Shown: in pieces, positions 1 through 11,063 of the stretch
Layout: each line of letters opens with the position of its first letter
Position numbering within the stretch: position 1 is the first letter of the stretch
IMG/VR virus record: IMGVR_UViG_3300025132_008118
Source of the DNA: a virus
DNA length: 64,000 nucleotides
Direction: 5' to 3' (one strand)
Position numbers and translations under genes: made by a program
The notes under the pieces: generated by a model
The model's input: only the letters and a program-made list of their open reading frames with translations
Told to the model about the DNA's origin: nothing
Databases searched by the model: none

Positions 1-57
1 ACTAAAAGAATTGGTGAAAGGATACCCATTTTAAAGACAGTACTATTAGATAAATAA
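1..57 (+). CDS. 3' end of a CDS truncated by the window edge
   Basis: Open frame 1-57 (TKRIGERIPILKTVLLDK*), with its stop just before the next gene. Confidence 0.45.
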   Translation, partial: TKRIGERIPILKTVLLDK

Positions 58-61
58 TTAT

Positions 62-904
62 ATGTCAACTTCAGTAACAGGCTTAGCAGGTGAAATAGTA
101 GCGTTCACATATCCATCACTTATAAAAGTGGCCGATAATGGTAACATGCCTCCGGTTGCTAGTGGTAATAGAAATGGGCTCGCAGTTTTTACTCACCCTA
201 ATAGATCTGCATCACCCACAGCTTTATCAAGATTATCAGACGGTAGCGGTATTGTAGGCTCATTAGCAATAGGACCACAAACCGCCGGAGCTAAAATATT
301 TGGCCCATTACTAGTAGATGGCGGTACTGGTAGCGTCGAATCAAAAGTAGTAGAAATTAAAAATGGAGGTCTTTGCCTTGAAAAACAAATTTGTGCAGCG
401 GGTACAGGTACCCATACTATCAACGGTACCGCACAGCTAGGAACATTAAAAGTTACTGATGGCTCGACTTTATGCGGTGCTATTTTAGGCTGTAATAATT
501 TAGCAATATGCGGTACTTCTACTTTAAGCGGTTGCGTGACACTGCACGGGGGTCTCAATGTTGACAGTGGTAATCTTTTCGTTACCGGTACTATTGACGC
601 GACTGATGATATTACAGCATTTAAAACATCAGATAAAAGACTTAAAAATAATATTATCAAAATTGATGATTCAAATGATGTAATTAATAGTTTGAATGGC
701 TATAAATATGAATGGGATGAAAAAGCTACACAAAACGGGGAAGATGTTGGTGTAATAGCTCAAGAAGTTAAAGAATTTATACCTTCTGCAGTTAGAGAAA
801 ATGGAAAAGGTTATCTATCAGTAGATTATGTAAAACTTATACCATACTTAATTGAAGAGATAAAAAGCTTAAACAATAGAATTAAAATATTAGAGGAGAA
901 ATAA
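62..904 (+). CDS. Tail fibre/spike protein with C-terminal peptidase S74 intramolecular chaperone
   Basis: G/T/N-rich beta-repeat shaft; C-terminal TSDKRLKNNI...GVIAQEV...LSVDYVKLIPYLIEEIK chaperone signature. Confidence 0.85.
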   Translation: MSTSVTGLAGEIVAFTYPSLIKVADNGNMPPVASGNRNGLAVFTHPNRSASPTALSRLSDGSGIVGSLAIGPQTAGAKIFGPLLVDGGTGSVESKVVEIKNGGLCLEKQICAAGTGTHTINGTAQLGTLKVTDGSTLCGAILGCNNLAICGTSTLSGCVTLHGGLNVDSGNLFVTGTIDATDDITAFKTSDKRLKNNIIKIDDSNDVINSLNGYKYEWDEKATQNGEDVGVIAQEVKEFIPSAVRENGKGYLSVDYVKLIPYLIEEIKSLNNRIKILEEK

Positions 905-1668
905 TGGCAACTTTATTAGGAAAAAATATAAATGAAACGTACGAAGGTTTACTAAAAACCTTTACTAATCAGTGCCTGGGTTCAAATAACACAATTTCAG
1001 ATGGTTTAGGTAATCCTACTGCTTTAAATTTAGGCAGTTCTGGTAATGGTTCTTCTTTTGATAATTCATTAGTAGTCGGTACTACTTTACTCGCTTGTAA
1101 TGCTCTTACCACTAATAGCAATCTGTGTGTAAAAGGTTCCGGTACATTTGATAACAATATTAAGGTTACCGGTAATACCCTTGTAACTGGTAATCTAACA
1201 GCTTCAAACTTTTTATTTGCTGGAGCGGGTTGCTTCAATGGTGGTATTACTTTTAACAATACAATAGGAGTTTGCGGTGTATCAAACGTAAAAGATACTA
1301 ACGTTACCGGGTGCGTAGATATTACGTGTGATTTAACTGTAGGAGGTACTATTAGTGCTAGTGGTGATATTATTGCGTTTAACACATCTGATAGTAGATT
1401 AAAAGAAAATTTAATTCCAATTGATTCTGAAAATTTTGTTAGTAATTTAACTGGCTACGAATTTGACTGGAATGAAAGGTCAAAAAGATCTGGTAAAGGA
1501 AAAGGAATTATAGCTCAAGATTTATACAATATTGATGAAAGTTTAGTTAGAGAAAATGGCGATGGTTATCTCACTGTAGACTATACAAGTCTTATACCTG
1601 TACTAATTGAGGAAGTTAAAAGATTGAGCAAAGAAATAGATTCGTTAAAAAATTTACAACACCATTAA
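904..1668 (+). CDS. Second tail fibre protein with S74 chaperone domain
   Basis: TSDSRLKENL...GIIAQDL...LTVDYTSLIPVLIEEVK; ATG overlaps the upstream TAA. Confidence 0.85.
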   Translation: MATLLGKNINETYEGLLKTFTNQCLGSNNTISDGLGNPTALNLGSSGNGSSFDNSLVVGTTLLACNALTTNSNLCVKGSGTFDNNIKVTGNTLVTGNLTASNFLFAGAGCFNGGITFNNTIGVCGVSNVKDTNVTGCVDITCDLTVGGTISASGDIIAFNTSDSRLKENLIPIDSENFVSNLTGYEFDWNERSKRSGKGKGIIAQDLYNIDESLVRENGDGYLTVDYTSLIPVLIEEVKRLSKEIDSLKNLQHH

Positions 1669-2435
1669 TTAAACGTAGGCTCGAAATAACGGAAACTACC
1701 AAAACCTGAAGTACCCACTAACGTACTATCATCAGCTGATAACGTGCTTAGTAAAAGCTCCCCTGAAGACAATTTACCATATATAAAAGTACTATTAGTT
1801 TTTACACCATCAATAATTTCAAATTTTTCATCTGGTGATGTAAAGAAGAAACTTTTATTCTGATATTGGAAATTAGTATTATCTAAATAATTTTCTTCTA
1901 ATTGTAAAGGTGCATTATTTCCGTCTACACTAAGATTTATCTTGTAATTATTAGCTGACAATTCTTGTGATGTTGCAATATTATTAAATCTCGTTATTAA
2001 AAACTTTACTGTACTTTCACTTTCATTTTGCGTTTCTGCATCTTGCGTTAGAAAAATTTTATCAGGTACCGGGTCTTTAACGTTAATAACAAAACCTTCT
2101 CTAGATCTAAAAAAGTCCCCACCACTTGTAGCAACTACTAATGTAACTTGAAAATTACCAGATGTTTTATACGTATGGAATGCTGAAAGATTATTTTCAA
2201 TAATGGTACCATCACCAAAATCTATAAAAAAATTAGTATCTGAAATCATAGGATCAGCGGTTGAAAAATCAGGTACAGCATAAACCCCACCTAAGTTACC
2301 TGAATATATAGTACTACTAAGATCTGTGCTATTAGAAGTACCTCCTAATACTTTATCAAAATTTCTATTATATATACCAAGCTGTATAACTATACCTGAC
2401 AACGAACTATAATCTTTATTAAAACTGTAATTCAT
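1665..2435 (-). CDS. Virion protein with PKD-like domain
   Basis: FFIDFGDGT...HTYKTSGNFQVTLVV PKD-type motif; directly downstream of gp6. Confidence 0.55.
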   Translation of the reverse strand: MNYSFNKDYSSLSGIVIQLGIYNRNFDKVLGGTSNSTDLSSTIYSGNLGGVYAVPDFSTADPMISDTNFFIDFGDGTIIENNLSAFHTYKTSGNFQVTLVVATSGGDFFRSREGFVINVKDPVPDKIFLTQDAETQNESESTVKFLITRFNNIATSQELSANNYKINLSVDGNNAPLQLEENYLDNTNFQYQNKSFFFTSPDEKFEIIDGVKTNSTFIYGKLSSGELLLSTLSADDSTLVGTSGFGSFRYFEPTFN

Positions 2436-2436
2436 T

Positions 2437-4266
2437 TTATGCGTTTTCTACAATAATATTAGATAGTATGGATTTATTTGAAAGGTAAGGGTACTTAAAG
2501 AATGGTAATTTAATATCACTACCAATTATCTGTATATCATTATCAGGGTATATAGGGTTACAAACAACAAGACTAATTCCTTCGACTTCATTAACTTGGA
2601 CATTATTAACAATTCGTCTTGTTCGTATATCTTCAATACCTTCAATATTAAAAATTTGATTACTTATCTCCTTTAAACTTACTAAATCACCTAAATTTAA
2701 AGAATCAAAATAATTAATAAATATATTATTAATTCTTTCTTTTATTGCTTCTGTACTTGAATTACTTAATACGTTTCTCTTTATAACTAAAAAAGACTCA
2801 TTGTTTATATCTTTAGTAATAGTTTCAGTTTGATTTTCTCCTTTTCTGGCTCCTAAACCAAATGAAGTATATACCGGATCTACAGGTACAATATTAATAT
2901 TAGCCTGTTGTTGTTCTTTAAATGAATTTATAATTGATGATTTTTGAGAGGTTGAAACAAAATTAAGATTATCATTTTCATCGACATTGTTAAATTTAGA
3001 TACTAAAAATAAATAAACATTATTAATTTGATTTATAGAATTAAAATTTACCTGGTTAAATAAAACTCTACTATCATCATTTGGTTTATTTAAACCAATA
3101 TTTAAAAAATAATTTAAATACTGATCAACATAATCATCATTATTAACTACACTAAACGATTTTAAAACTTGCGAAAAATTAGCAGAAAGAAAATCATTAT
3201 AATCTTTTATGGTTATAATTCTGTTTTGTAATTGGAAATTTTTGGCAGCATTATTTCTAATAGTTTCAGTATCTTCTTTTTCTACTGGTGGTGTTGATTG
3301 AAGGCTGTTCGAAAAATTTAAATACTGAAGTTGTTGCGTAGTTAAAAAATTAAATGTATTATTGTATATATCTTGACTAATTTGATTGAATCTAGGAGTA
3401 GTATATAAAATTAATTTACTACCATCTAATACTCCCGGTGATATAACTCCTGCTTGCCCTGAACTTTGTATATAATATATAAAAATACTATCACCTTCAT
3501 TAAGTTTTTTACCAAACACTCCATTACCAAATTTAAATTCGTAAAGTCCATTTTCATTCAATCGTTTTTCGAATACAGTTGAATCTGAATTTTCTAAAAA
3601 TAAACTTGACGTTTCAGTATATTCAAGAATTTTTTTAGTATCAGCGTCCTGCACATAAATTCCAATAGAACCGCTATCTATATCAATTTTTAAATTATCA
3701 TCATTACTTTTCACTGCCAAAGTTACAGATTCAAAATCTTCCCCTAACGCAGTTATTTCTGGATACTCAAAATATTGACCCTCTCTTAAAATATTTTCAC
3801 TTGAAAAATTCTTTAAATTTTGTTCACCTGGTACAGTTTTATTAAAAGTACTATCATTAATAAATGAATAATAAAGACCGCCTACAGCAAAATAACTATA
3901 CCGTTTAATTGTATATGCGTCTTGTGGTAGTAAACTTGAAACGTTTAAATTAAATGAAAGTAAAGAAGTTTGATAACCTTTTGGCTTATAATCAATCAAT
4001 TTAACGATTCTATTCATATTTTCATATATACTTGTATCGGTAAACATCGACTCTGCAGACGTTTGATTAAGATAAAATAAAAGTAAATGGTAACTATAAG
4101 CAATAACGTCAATTATAGATGACATATTACTACCTTCAAAAGACTGGTCAGTGTATACACCACCTTGATTCAATCTTGTTTGAATGAGTTCTTTTAGTGA
4201 TTTTGCATCAAAAGCAGTATAACTGTCTCTTGATAGACTAAAATCAGTTAAATTTTCCTTCGCCAT
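2437..4266 (-). CDS. gp6: Baseplate wedge protein, T4 gp6-like
   Basis: DQSFEGSNMSSIIDVIAY, YEFKFGNGVFGK, ETIRNNAAKNFQLQNRIIT motifs. Confidence 0.9.
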   Translation of the reverse strand: MAKENLTDFSLSRDSYTAFDAKSLKELIQTRLNQGGVYTDQSFEGSNMSSIIDVIAYSYHLLLFYLNQTSAESMFTDTSIYENMNRIVKLIDYKPKGYQTSLLSFNLNVSSLLPQDAYTIKRYSYFAVGGLYYSFINDSTFNKTVPGEQNLKNFSSENILREGQYFEYPEITALGEDFESVTLAVKSNDDNLKIDIDSGSIGIYVQDADTKKILEYTETSSLFLENSDSTVFEKRLNENGLYEFKFGNGVFGKKLNEGDSIFIYYIQSSGQAGVISPGVLDGSKLILYTTPRFNQISQDIYNNTFNFLTTQQLQYLNFSNSLQSTPPVEKEDTETIRNNAAKNFQLQNRIITIKDYNDFLSANFSQVLKSFSVVNNDDYVDQYLNYFLNIGLNKPNDDSRVLFNQVNFNSINQINNVYLFLVSKFNNVDENDNLNFVSTSQKSSIINSFKEQQQANINIVPVDPVYTSFGLGARKGENQTETITKDINNESFLVIKRNVLSNSSTEAIKERINNIFINYFDSLNLGDLVSLKEISNQIFNIEGIEDIRTRRIVNNVQVNEVEGISLVVCNPIYPDNDIQIIGSDIKLPFFKYPYLSNKSILSNIIVENA

Positions 4267-4278
4267 AAATATATTTAA

Positions 4279-4752
4279 TTAATAACTATAAAAACCAGAT
4301 TTGTTTAATCTACCTTTTAAATTTAAAGGATTATTATTAAATTCAGGTATATTAATTAGTAGATTTAATTCATATTCCCCTGCTTCAATATCTGCTACAA
4401 CCTCAATTTCATTTATTTGTATCCTTGGTTCAAAACCAACAAAAGTATTATTTATTGTCTCACCAATTACAGTAGCTCTTGCCTTTGATACAGGTAAGAA
4501 TAAAAGATCTCCAAAGTTCATACCAAATTCCGGGTTAAGTATTTTTTGACCTGGAAAGGTAGTTATTAAATTAATTAATGAATTTTTTATAGCTTTAAAA
4601 TTAACCGATGTATTTAAATCTTTTAAATTTTCCGGACTTTCTAATTGGTCTCCCTTTACTACACCCACATTTACTTTCAGATCAATATCCCTATAAAGTA
4701 TATCATCAGTCTGATTTATTACAGGTTCTAAAATATTTAGTTTTATAGGCAT
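4279..4752 (-). CDS. gp25: Baseplate wedge subunit, gp25-like
   Basis: AIKNSLINLITTFPGQKILNPEFG...FEPRI motif; upstream of gp6. Confidence 0.88.
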   Translation of the reverse strand: MPIKLNILEPVINQTDDILYRDIDLKVNVGVVKGDQLESPENLKDLNTSVNFKAIKNSLINLITTFPGQKILNPEFGMNFGDLLFLPVSKARATVIGETINNTFVGFEPRIQINEIEVVADIEAGEYELNLLINIPEFNNNPLNLKGRLNKSGFYSY

Positions 4753-4773
4753 ATAGATATTTAGTAAAAGTTA

Positions 4774-7512
4774 TTATGTACTAATAAAATTATATAAAGT
4801 ATTATTTTTATCAATTAAATTAAATACAAAATTATCATTATTGGTTTTTTGGCCGTTAATAGCTTTTAACTCTAACGGTGTTAAGTCTGAAATTAATTTT
4901 ATAGCAACTAAATTAATAGTAGTTATACCACCATTTTCGTAATGTAATTTTATCGAACCAGTTGATGATATTGCATCATTAAATGATGTATAAATATGGC
5001 TAAAATTACTTAACTTAAGTGTATTATCAGATGATTGAAACTTTGAATATATTGTATCGGTACTATTATCACCGTAATCTATTTCCGCTTTATATAAACT
5101 CATACTGGCTGATAATTGAGTCACATTTTGTAAATCAAAATTTATATCAGTTGTACCAGAGTAAGCAAAAGTAACTGTTCTAGAGAAATCATCTTCTGGG
5201 AATGATAATGATGGTAAAGTTAAATCCCCTGAACCTGGTAAAAAATTAAAAGTGTCAGATAATTGAGCTGCATTTATAACTGCATTTCTCGTATTAGTAA
5301 TAGCTGAATTATTAAAATTTGTAAAAAGGTCATTAACAATAATGGAAATTTTATTATTAACTATTTTATAATTAAAATAATGTAATACTAGTGATTCGTT
5401 TTGATTTAAGAAAGTTGTTGTTAAAATATAAGAATCATCATAACTATTATATTTTAAATCACTATTAACTAATCTATTAATTGTTACACTAGCATCAGGT
5501 GAATTGAAATTGAATGTATTTAAAAAGTAAGTAGATGTTTCTGTGTTTCTAGTACTTATTTCATCTATAGTTTTCTTCTGTGTATCGAACTTATATAATT
5601 CATAACGAAATGTATTTGAATTACTTGAACCTGATAAACTTATATTAAATTTATATATCGAACCAGCATTATAACAATCTTTTGTAATGAATGCAAAACT
5701 AGGATGGGTTAGATCTTTTTCAATTATTAAAGGAGAAATTATTTGTTCTATATAATTACCATCATATTTAAAAGTATCAACAATTGAAAATGAACTTAAA
5801 TCTATACTATATGTATCTTCATAAACATTAATATCTAAGATATCAGAACTAGTGATTTGTTGATATAGAGTACTATTATGTGTAAATTTATTATAAATAG
5901 TATTGAAGTTTGAACTAGATAACGGTTTTAACGTTTTAGTCGTTACATCTTTAACATATATTGATTTTAAACTATTAATTTTACCACTAAAACCAGATAG
6001 TTGTTCAATAACGCCGTATCGGTTTTCGGAAATATCAATTGTATTACCTGATTCAAATGCAGCATTTTGAACGATATCTATATCAGCTGTATTTCTTATT
6101 ACACCTCTATTAGGTATTACTTGTATATATTCATTACCGTATATATCTGTTTCAATTTTATCCACTGAACCATAATTAACTAGATCAGTAACTGAATCCG
6201 GAAATTGACCACTATTATTGATATCGATACGTCTATTTTCTAATGATTGGTATGAATGGAAATAATGATTTCTTTCATTGGCTTTAACTGTGTTACGTGA
6301 AGAGGAAGAAGAAATATTCTTATAACTATTATTATCAAAATAGAAGTTAAAGGGGTTATCTCTTTTTGTGTTACTTAAGTTTATCACATCCCCATATTGA
6401 TCGGGGTCTGGAAAAACATACACATAATTATCAATTAGTTTAGATTTTATTTTTCTTATGTATTCACCGTCTACCTTTAAAATAGAAAATTTAGTAGGGT
6501 TAAAAAATAAACCAATATCTCTTTCAAAATCACTAGGTATTTTTTCTTTAGCCATTACTGAAGGGAAGTTAATATTAAATAAATTTTTTGCTTTATTTTT
6601 AGCCTCAAACAATTTACCAGATACAAATTCAGTACCAGTATTGCTCAAATAGTAATAATCAGTACCTACTAAATGTTCAGATAATTCAGCTTCAAAAAGA
6701 ACTCTATAAGTATCGGTATCATTAGTAATTTTATAATCTATAAAATCATCCCGACGTAATAGACTTGTATTAACTTCATTAAACTCAACTACTAATTTAT
6801 ATGGGTTTAATTCGGTAAGAGTAATCTTATTGTTATTTAGCACCTCTACCAATGCTTGATCAATATCTAAAAATGAATTTACATTTATATCATTAGTAAT
6901 ATACGTTTCGTTTGCTTCCACAGAAAGTGGGTTAACATCGAAATAATCGTTAAATGTATCGTACCCTAATTCTATATCAACCCTTAAAGATGATAATGAA
7001 ACAACATCTCCGGTGTAATCAGGACTAGTAAAAAAATTAGCAATGTTATTTCTAATTTGATCTTTAACACTTAAGTTACTACCTTTACCTTGTTTTTCTC
7101 TTAATTCTCTTTGGAATGTATTTCTTTTTTCTCTATAATAATCTAAAATTTCTACTATTTTTGCTCTATAAAATGGTATTATCTTAGTTAGAGAATCTTT
7201 ATCGAAAAAATCAACAGTATTAAAAAATCTTCTTTGTTCTTGTGTAGAATATTTTAAAGTTAAATCATTAAAGAAGTTTAAATAAATTGATCTAATATTA
7301 ACTGAGTTATTTTTATTATTATCAAAATCAGTTTCTTTCCACTTTTCTAAGTATTTTTTATATTGATTGAAATTTTCCAAATCATTAGTATCGATAACTT
7401 TTACATAATTTAAATACTCGATAAAATTAAATGGGCTACCGACGTCAAATTTATCGTCAGATAAAGTATTAGTTATACTATTATTAACAACATACTCTGT
7501 GAATTTTATCAT
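4774..7512 (-). CDS. Large virion/baseplate-associated protein
   Basis: 912-aa ORF between the gp5-like gene and gp25; late-type TAAATA upstream; C-terminal DYGD PKD-like motif. Confidence 0.5.
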   Translation of the reverse strand: MIKFTEYVVNNSITNTLSDDKFDVGSPFNFIEYLNYVKVIDTNDLENFNQYKKYLEKWKETDFDNNKNNSVNIRSIYLNFFNDLTLKYSTQEQRRFFNTVDFFDKDSLTKIIPFYRAKIVEILDYYREKRNTFQRELREKQGKGSNLSVKDQIRNNIANFFTSPDYTGDVVSLSSLRVDIELGYDTFNDYFDVNPLSVEANETYITNDINVNSFLDIDQALVEVLNNNKITLTELNPYKLVVEFNEVNTSLLRRDDFIDYKITNDTDTYRVLFEAELSEHLVGTDYYYLSNTGTEFVSGKLFEAKNKAKNLFNINFPSVMAKEKIPSDFERDIGLFFNPTKFSILKVDGEYIRKIKSKLIDNYVYVFPDPDQYGDVINLSNTKRDNPFNFYFDNNSYKNISSSSSRNTVKANERNHYFHSYQSLENRRIDINNSGQFPDSVTDLVNYGSVDKIETDIYGNEYIQVIPNRGVIRNTADIDIVQNAAFESGNTIDISENRYGVIEQLSGFSGKINSLKSIYVKDVTTKTLKPLSSSNFNTIYNKFTHNSTLYQQITSSDILDINVYEDTYSIDLSSFSIVDTFKYDGNYIEQIISPLIIEKDLTHPSFAFITKDCYNAGSIYKFNISLSGSSNSNTFRYELYKFDTQKKTIDEISTRNTETSTYFLNTFNFNSPDASVTINRLVNSDLKYNSYDDSYILTTTFLNQNESLVLHYFNYKIVNNKISIIVNDLFTNFNNSAITNTRNAVINAAQLSDTFNFLPGSGDLTLPSLSFPEDDFSRTVTFAYSGTTDINFDLQNVTQLSASMSLYKAEIDYGDNSTDTIYSKFQSSDNTLKLSNFSHIYTSFNDAISSTGSIKLHYENGGITTINLVAIKLISDLTPLELKAINGQKTNNDNFVFNLIDKNNTLYNFIST

Positions 7513-7551
7513 ACTATAATATTTAATACAGGTTAATAACTATCAAATTAA

Positions 7552-9936
7552 CTAAAACCCTCCAGTATAATCAGCTGAAGCTGGTCCTGAATATGTTTCA
7601 GCGTTGGTAGCTGCTCCATAGGTCGCTGCACTTGACAATGTTTTAGAATATGTTTCGTCAATAGTTATACCACTTTTTTGAGTATTAAATTGTGGTGAAG
7701 CAGGAACTCTTTGATCGCTATTGATACCATTATTTTTAGCTGAATTACGCACACTTTGATTACCATCAGTTAACGTTAAAGGTAGATTATTAAATGTATG
7801 AGTATGTGGATAAGTTGCAATTGTATCAGCTATCGGTATACCGGTCTGGGTACCACCGAACACTGGTACAGTAGCTGAACCAGGCCCATCTGTCCAAAAA
7901 TAGTCTACGTACCCGATAATAGCTCCTTGTACAGTTTGTCCTAATACTTGGGTTGTATTTGTTACTTGCGTTTCAGCCGGTGCAGTTACATGTTGTAAAT
8001 AAGTTTCTCCTTCTACTGATAAACCTCCACCAATTATTACGTTCTTATTTACCCCAAGACTACTATCTACTAAAACTTGTCTTTGTCTTTTATTACGTAG
8101 TTTTAAAATTTCTGCACTTATATTAATTACTTTAGCATCTAAATTAATTTCATTTTCCGAACCAATGTTAACTTGTTGACCAGCTACGTTAGTAATGCTA
8201 CCAGATATATTAGTTGGTCCGTATGATTTTAGATTAATACCACCAGCACCTACCATAACATTATACCTATTATTAACATTTAAATTATATGTACCACCGG
8301 GTAAATCTTGAACATCAACATATTCAAGTAACGGACCAGAATCACTATTAACATAAGTAGCTTTACTACCTACAAGAACTTCATTGTTTATTAGTTTACC
8401 AATTGGATCGAATCTAATACTACCGTAATCATTCATTACTGTTCCAATATTTTCTAATTTATTTTTACTAATTTCAATTATTTCACTACCACCAAGACCG
8501 AAATCTCTTTCTTTAATCATTAAATCAGCTTGAACTTTTGTTATTTCTTCACTTAAATTTTTGTCTTCTGGTTTCCAATCACCGTCTTGAGTTGATAGAC
8601 TCTTACCTTTCCCATTACTGAACGTATTACCTGATTCATCAGGCCAATCATCATCAGTAGTACCTATATTTGAACCAGGTGGGGATTTAGGTTCGGTTCC
8701 TGTTGATAACACCTTAAGGTTATTATCATAATAAGGGGCTTGACCACCGTTAAAGGTTCCTGATATATTTAATTCTGGAAAACCGGAACCAGCAAATGTA
8801 TTTATATTGTTTAAACCAAAATATTTTTTAGAGTTAGTAACAGGAAAATCAGCAAACGACCCAGACCTTTTTTGGTCAATGCTATTAAGTCTTAAAATAA
8901 TATCACCATTTGAGGTAACATTATTATTTTCAGTTCTTTTTATATCAAACAATTGTTTTATATCTTGTATTACACCAAAAGCTTGCTTCCACTTATCAAA
9001 GAATGCATCGTTTAAATTACCAATTTTTTTATACTTATCTCGTAAAACAATTTCATCATAATTTTTACCAGTAAATTCATTTTTGAACCCTTTAACAGTA
9101 TTGAATTCATCATTAATAACAAGCTTTTGATTATTTTTAGTAGCTAGCTCTGAATTGGTATTATTATTAAACTCTTTAAACGAACCAGAATAATGGGTTA
9201 ATTTTATTTTTTCATTATGATCAGTATTGTTTATTTCAAAAGTACCTCCTTTTTGATTTAAAACATATTTGTTCCTATAAGTTTTTACGTTATAATCTTC
9301 TTCAGTAGAACTACTATCATAATTTTCATATTTTCCAGGGTAATCTACTTCACTATCGTATATACCCTGCCAATCATCTTTACCAAATGATGTACCTATT
9401 AAGACAGGAAACTGAGTATTACCATCTCTGAAAAATACATAAACATGGGCACCGACGCTTGGAATACCAAATGAGCCTTTTGCTTTATTAGAGTAAGTAT
9501 TAGGTTTATAGTTGAAAGAGTATGGATTTATATTATTAACATTATTACTATTATCACTAAAAGCATCACTTAATCTAAACATACTTTGATCATATATTTC
9601 TCCAGTCGAAGCCGAACCATCTGCACTTAAATTTGCAAAAGCATTTGTATCTGATACAGTAGCTTTATTGGTATAATTATTATATCGTTTAGATGTATTT
9701 TCACTTGTTAATGGGCAGCTAACTTCCGCCCATGGTAATATGGTCTTTAATTTAGCCATTATAGGTTGGAGTTGACCATCTATAGACTTAAAGTATTTAT
9801 CAGTATTATCTTGTACCCAATTTTCATATACTGTAGGTGATAAATGAGGCACAAATACTTTAACCCTGCCTCTTTTTTTAGGGTCATTATTTTGGACTAC
9901 TATACCCAAATATATACTATTAAATTCTTTTTCCAT
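7552..9936 (-). CDS. gp5: Baseplate hub/central spike, gp5/VgrG-like OB-fold protein
   Basis: YLGIVVQNNDPKKRGRVKVFVP and IPSVGAHVYVFFRDGNTQFPVLIG OB-fold motifs, followed by beta-helix-like repeats. Confidence 0.8.
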   Translation of the reverse strand: MEKEFNSIYLGIVVQNNDPKKRGRVKVFVPHLSPTVYENWVQDNTDKYFKSIDGQLQPIMAKLKTILPWAEVSCPLTSENTSKRYNNYTNKATVSDTNAFANLSADGSASTGEIYDQSMFRLSDAFSDNSNNVNNINPYSFNYKPNTYSNKAKGSFGIPSVGAHVYVFFRDGNTQFPVLIGTSFGKDDWQGIYDSEVDYPGKYENYDSSSTEEDYNVKTYRNKYVLNQKGGTFEINNTDHNEKIKLTHYSGSFKEFNNNTNSELATKNNQKLVINDEFNTVKGFKNEFTGKNYDEIVLRDKYKKIGNLNDAFFDKWKQAFGVIQDIKQLFDIKRTENNNVTSNGDIILRLNSIDQKRSGSFADFPVTNSKKYFGLNNINTFAGSGFPELNISGTFNGGQAPYYDNNLKVLSTGTEPKSPPGSNIGTTDDDWPDESGNTFSNGKGKSLSTQDGDWKPEDKNLSEEITKVQADLMIKERDFGLGGSEIIEISKNKLENIGTVMNDYGSIRFDPIGKLINNEVLVGSKATYVNSDSGPLLEYVDVQDLPGGTYNLNVNNRYNVMVGAGGINLKSYGPTNISGSITNVAGQQVNIGSENEINLDAKVINISAEILKLRNKRQRQVLVDSSLGVNKNVIIGGGLSVEGETYLQHVTAPAETQVTNTTQVLGQTVQGAIIGYVDYFWTDGPGSATVPVFGGTQTGIPIADTIATYPHTHTFNNLPLTLTDGNQSVRNSAKNNGINSDQRVPASPQFNTQKSGITIDETYSKTLSSAATYGAATNAETYSGPASADYTGGF

Positions 9937-9949
9937 AATACCTTTATAT

Positions 9950-11017
9950 TTACCTATAATTTACAAATTTTCCATTATGATCAAGTGTTACAAGCCTACG
10001 TTTTGATGGGTCATTTACACTATCCTCAGTAACTTCGATTGCGTTATATAATAATATTTCATTAGTGTCGGGATCTCTTACAGCTGTCAAATTGGTGTAA
10101 GATATTGACCGTGTAACAGTAACTTCTGAAGCTACAAAATCATCATTAAATGTTTCTAAATAATTTAACGTTTCCTCTTCTTTATCAAATCTATTCACTA
10201 TATTTACATTTCTTGCTACTGGAGGTACAACTTCAGTTATATTAGTAAGCTTAAACTGCTGTTCAGCTATTGTATCTTTTGAAATAAAAGTTTCATCTAT
10301 AAATTTGGCATCTAAAAATGAAAAATTTGGATTGAAAGTTGTACTTGTAAAACTATCAACACTATTACTAGATATATCGGTAACCTGAGTATTATATATA
10401 GAAGTTTCAGATTTACCATTAAACGATAAATCAAAAATTTTATCTTTTTGTTGTTGCACTAAACCATTAACAAATGCTAGCTGTTTATCGGGGTTAAATG
10501 TAAAATCTCGTATTTGGGTATTCGAAAGTTTGGCAATTTCACCAATAACATTAAGTGAGCTTTTACCTGCAATTATACCTGCTTCAATTTCGCTACTAAT
10601 ATCATCTAATTGAGCATCTAAAGCTGCATTTAATTTAGTACCTAATGAAATATCATCCAAACTTAACTTATTAAATTTACTGATAATGGTTTTTGAAAAT
10701 TTATTTAAATTCGCTCCTATATTTTTATCAATAAGACCGTATAGGGAACTTAAATTTAATTTAGCTAAAGATGGAAATGGTAAACCTTTTAACCCGTTGG
10801 CAAAATTTATCGAACCGGTTAGTTTTGATAAATTTAAATTTAAACTCGACCCTATTAAACCTTGAATATTATTAAACAAATCACCTGTAGCTTGACTTAT
10901 TAAGTTAGTTTTAACCATACTACTAAGATTCTGTATTTTAGAAGCAGCTATACTTTTCAAATTATTAGTAATATTACCAATAATACTATTGAAATTTACA
11001 TTAAGTCCGAACGCCAT
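9950..11017 (-). CDS. Hypothetical late (virion) protein
   Basis: Start revised to ATG 11017 (MAFGLNV), which lies 5 nt after TAAATA like other late genes. Confidence 0.55.
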   Translation of the reverse strand: MAFGLNVNFNSIIGNITNNLKSIAASKIQNLSSMVKTNLISQATGDLFNNIQGLIGSSLNLNLSKLTGSINFANGLKGLPFPSLAKLNLSSLYGLIDKNIGANLNKFSKTIISKFNKLSLDDISLGTKLNAALDAQLDDISSEIEAGIIAGKSSLNVIGEIAKLSNTQIRDFTFNPDKQLAFVNGLVQQQKDKIFDLSFNGKSETSIYNTQVTDISSNSVDSFTSTTFNPNFSFLDAKFIDETFISKDTIAEQQFKLTNITEVVPPVARNVNIVNRFDKEEETLNYLETFNDDFVASEVTVTRSISYTNLTAVRDPDTNEILLYNAIEVTEDSVNDPSKRRLVTLDHNGKFVNYR

Positions 11018-11029
11018 ATATATATTTAC

Positions 11030-11063
11030 TTGATATACCATTTTCTGTCTATATAATTATAGT
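11030..11063 (+). promoter_or_regulatory. Sigma70-type promoter TTGATA-N16-TATAAT-N6-ATG (leaderless) of the dpdA-kinase-queF operon
   Basis: TTGATA 11030-35, TATAAT 11052-57, ATG 11064. Confidence 0.7.

Noticed and set aside
7552-9936. T4 gp5 lysozyme domain
   Set aside because: No recognisable T4-lysozyme catalytic motif by eye; only the OB-fold and beta-helix parts are supported.
11018-11063. preQ1 riboswitch upstream of the queF operon
   Set aside because: The promoter geometry leaves no leader, and no preQ1 stem-loop with an A-rich tail is visible.
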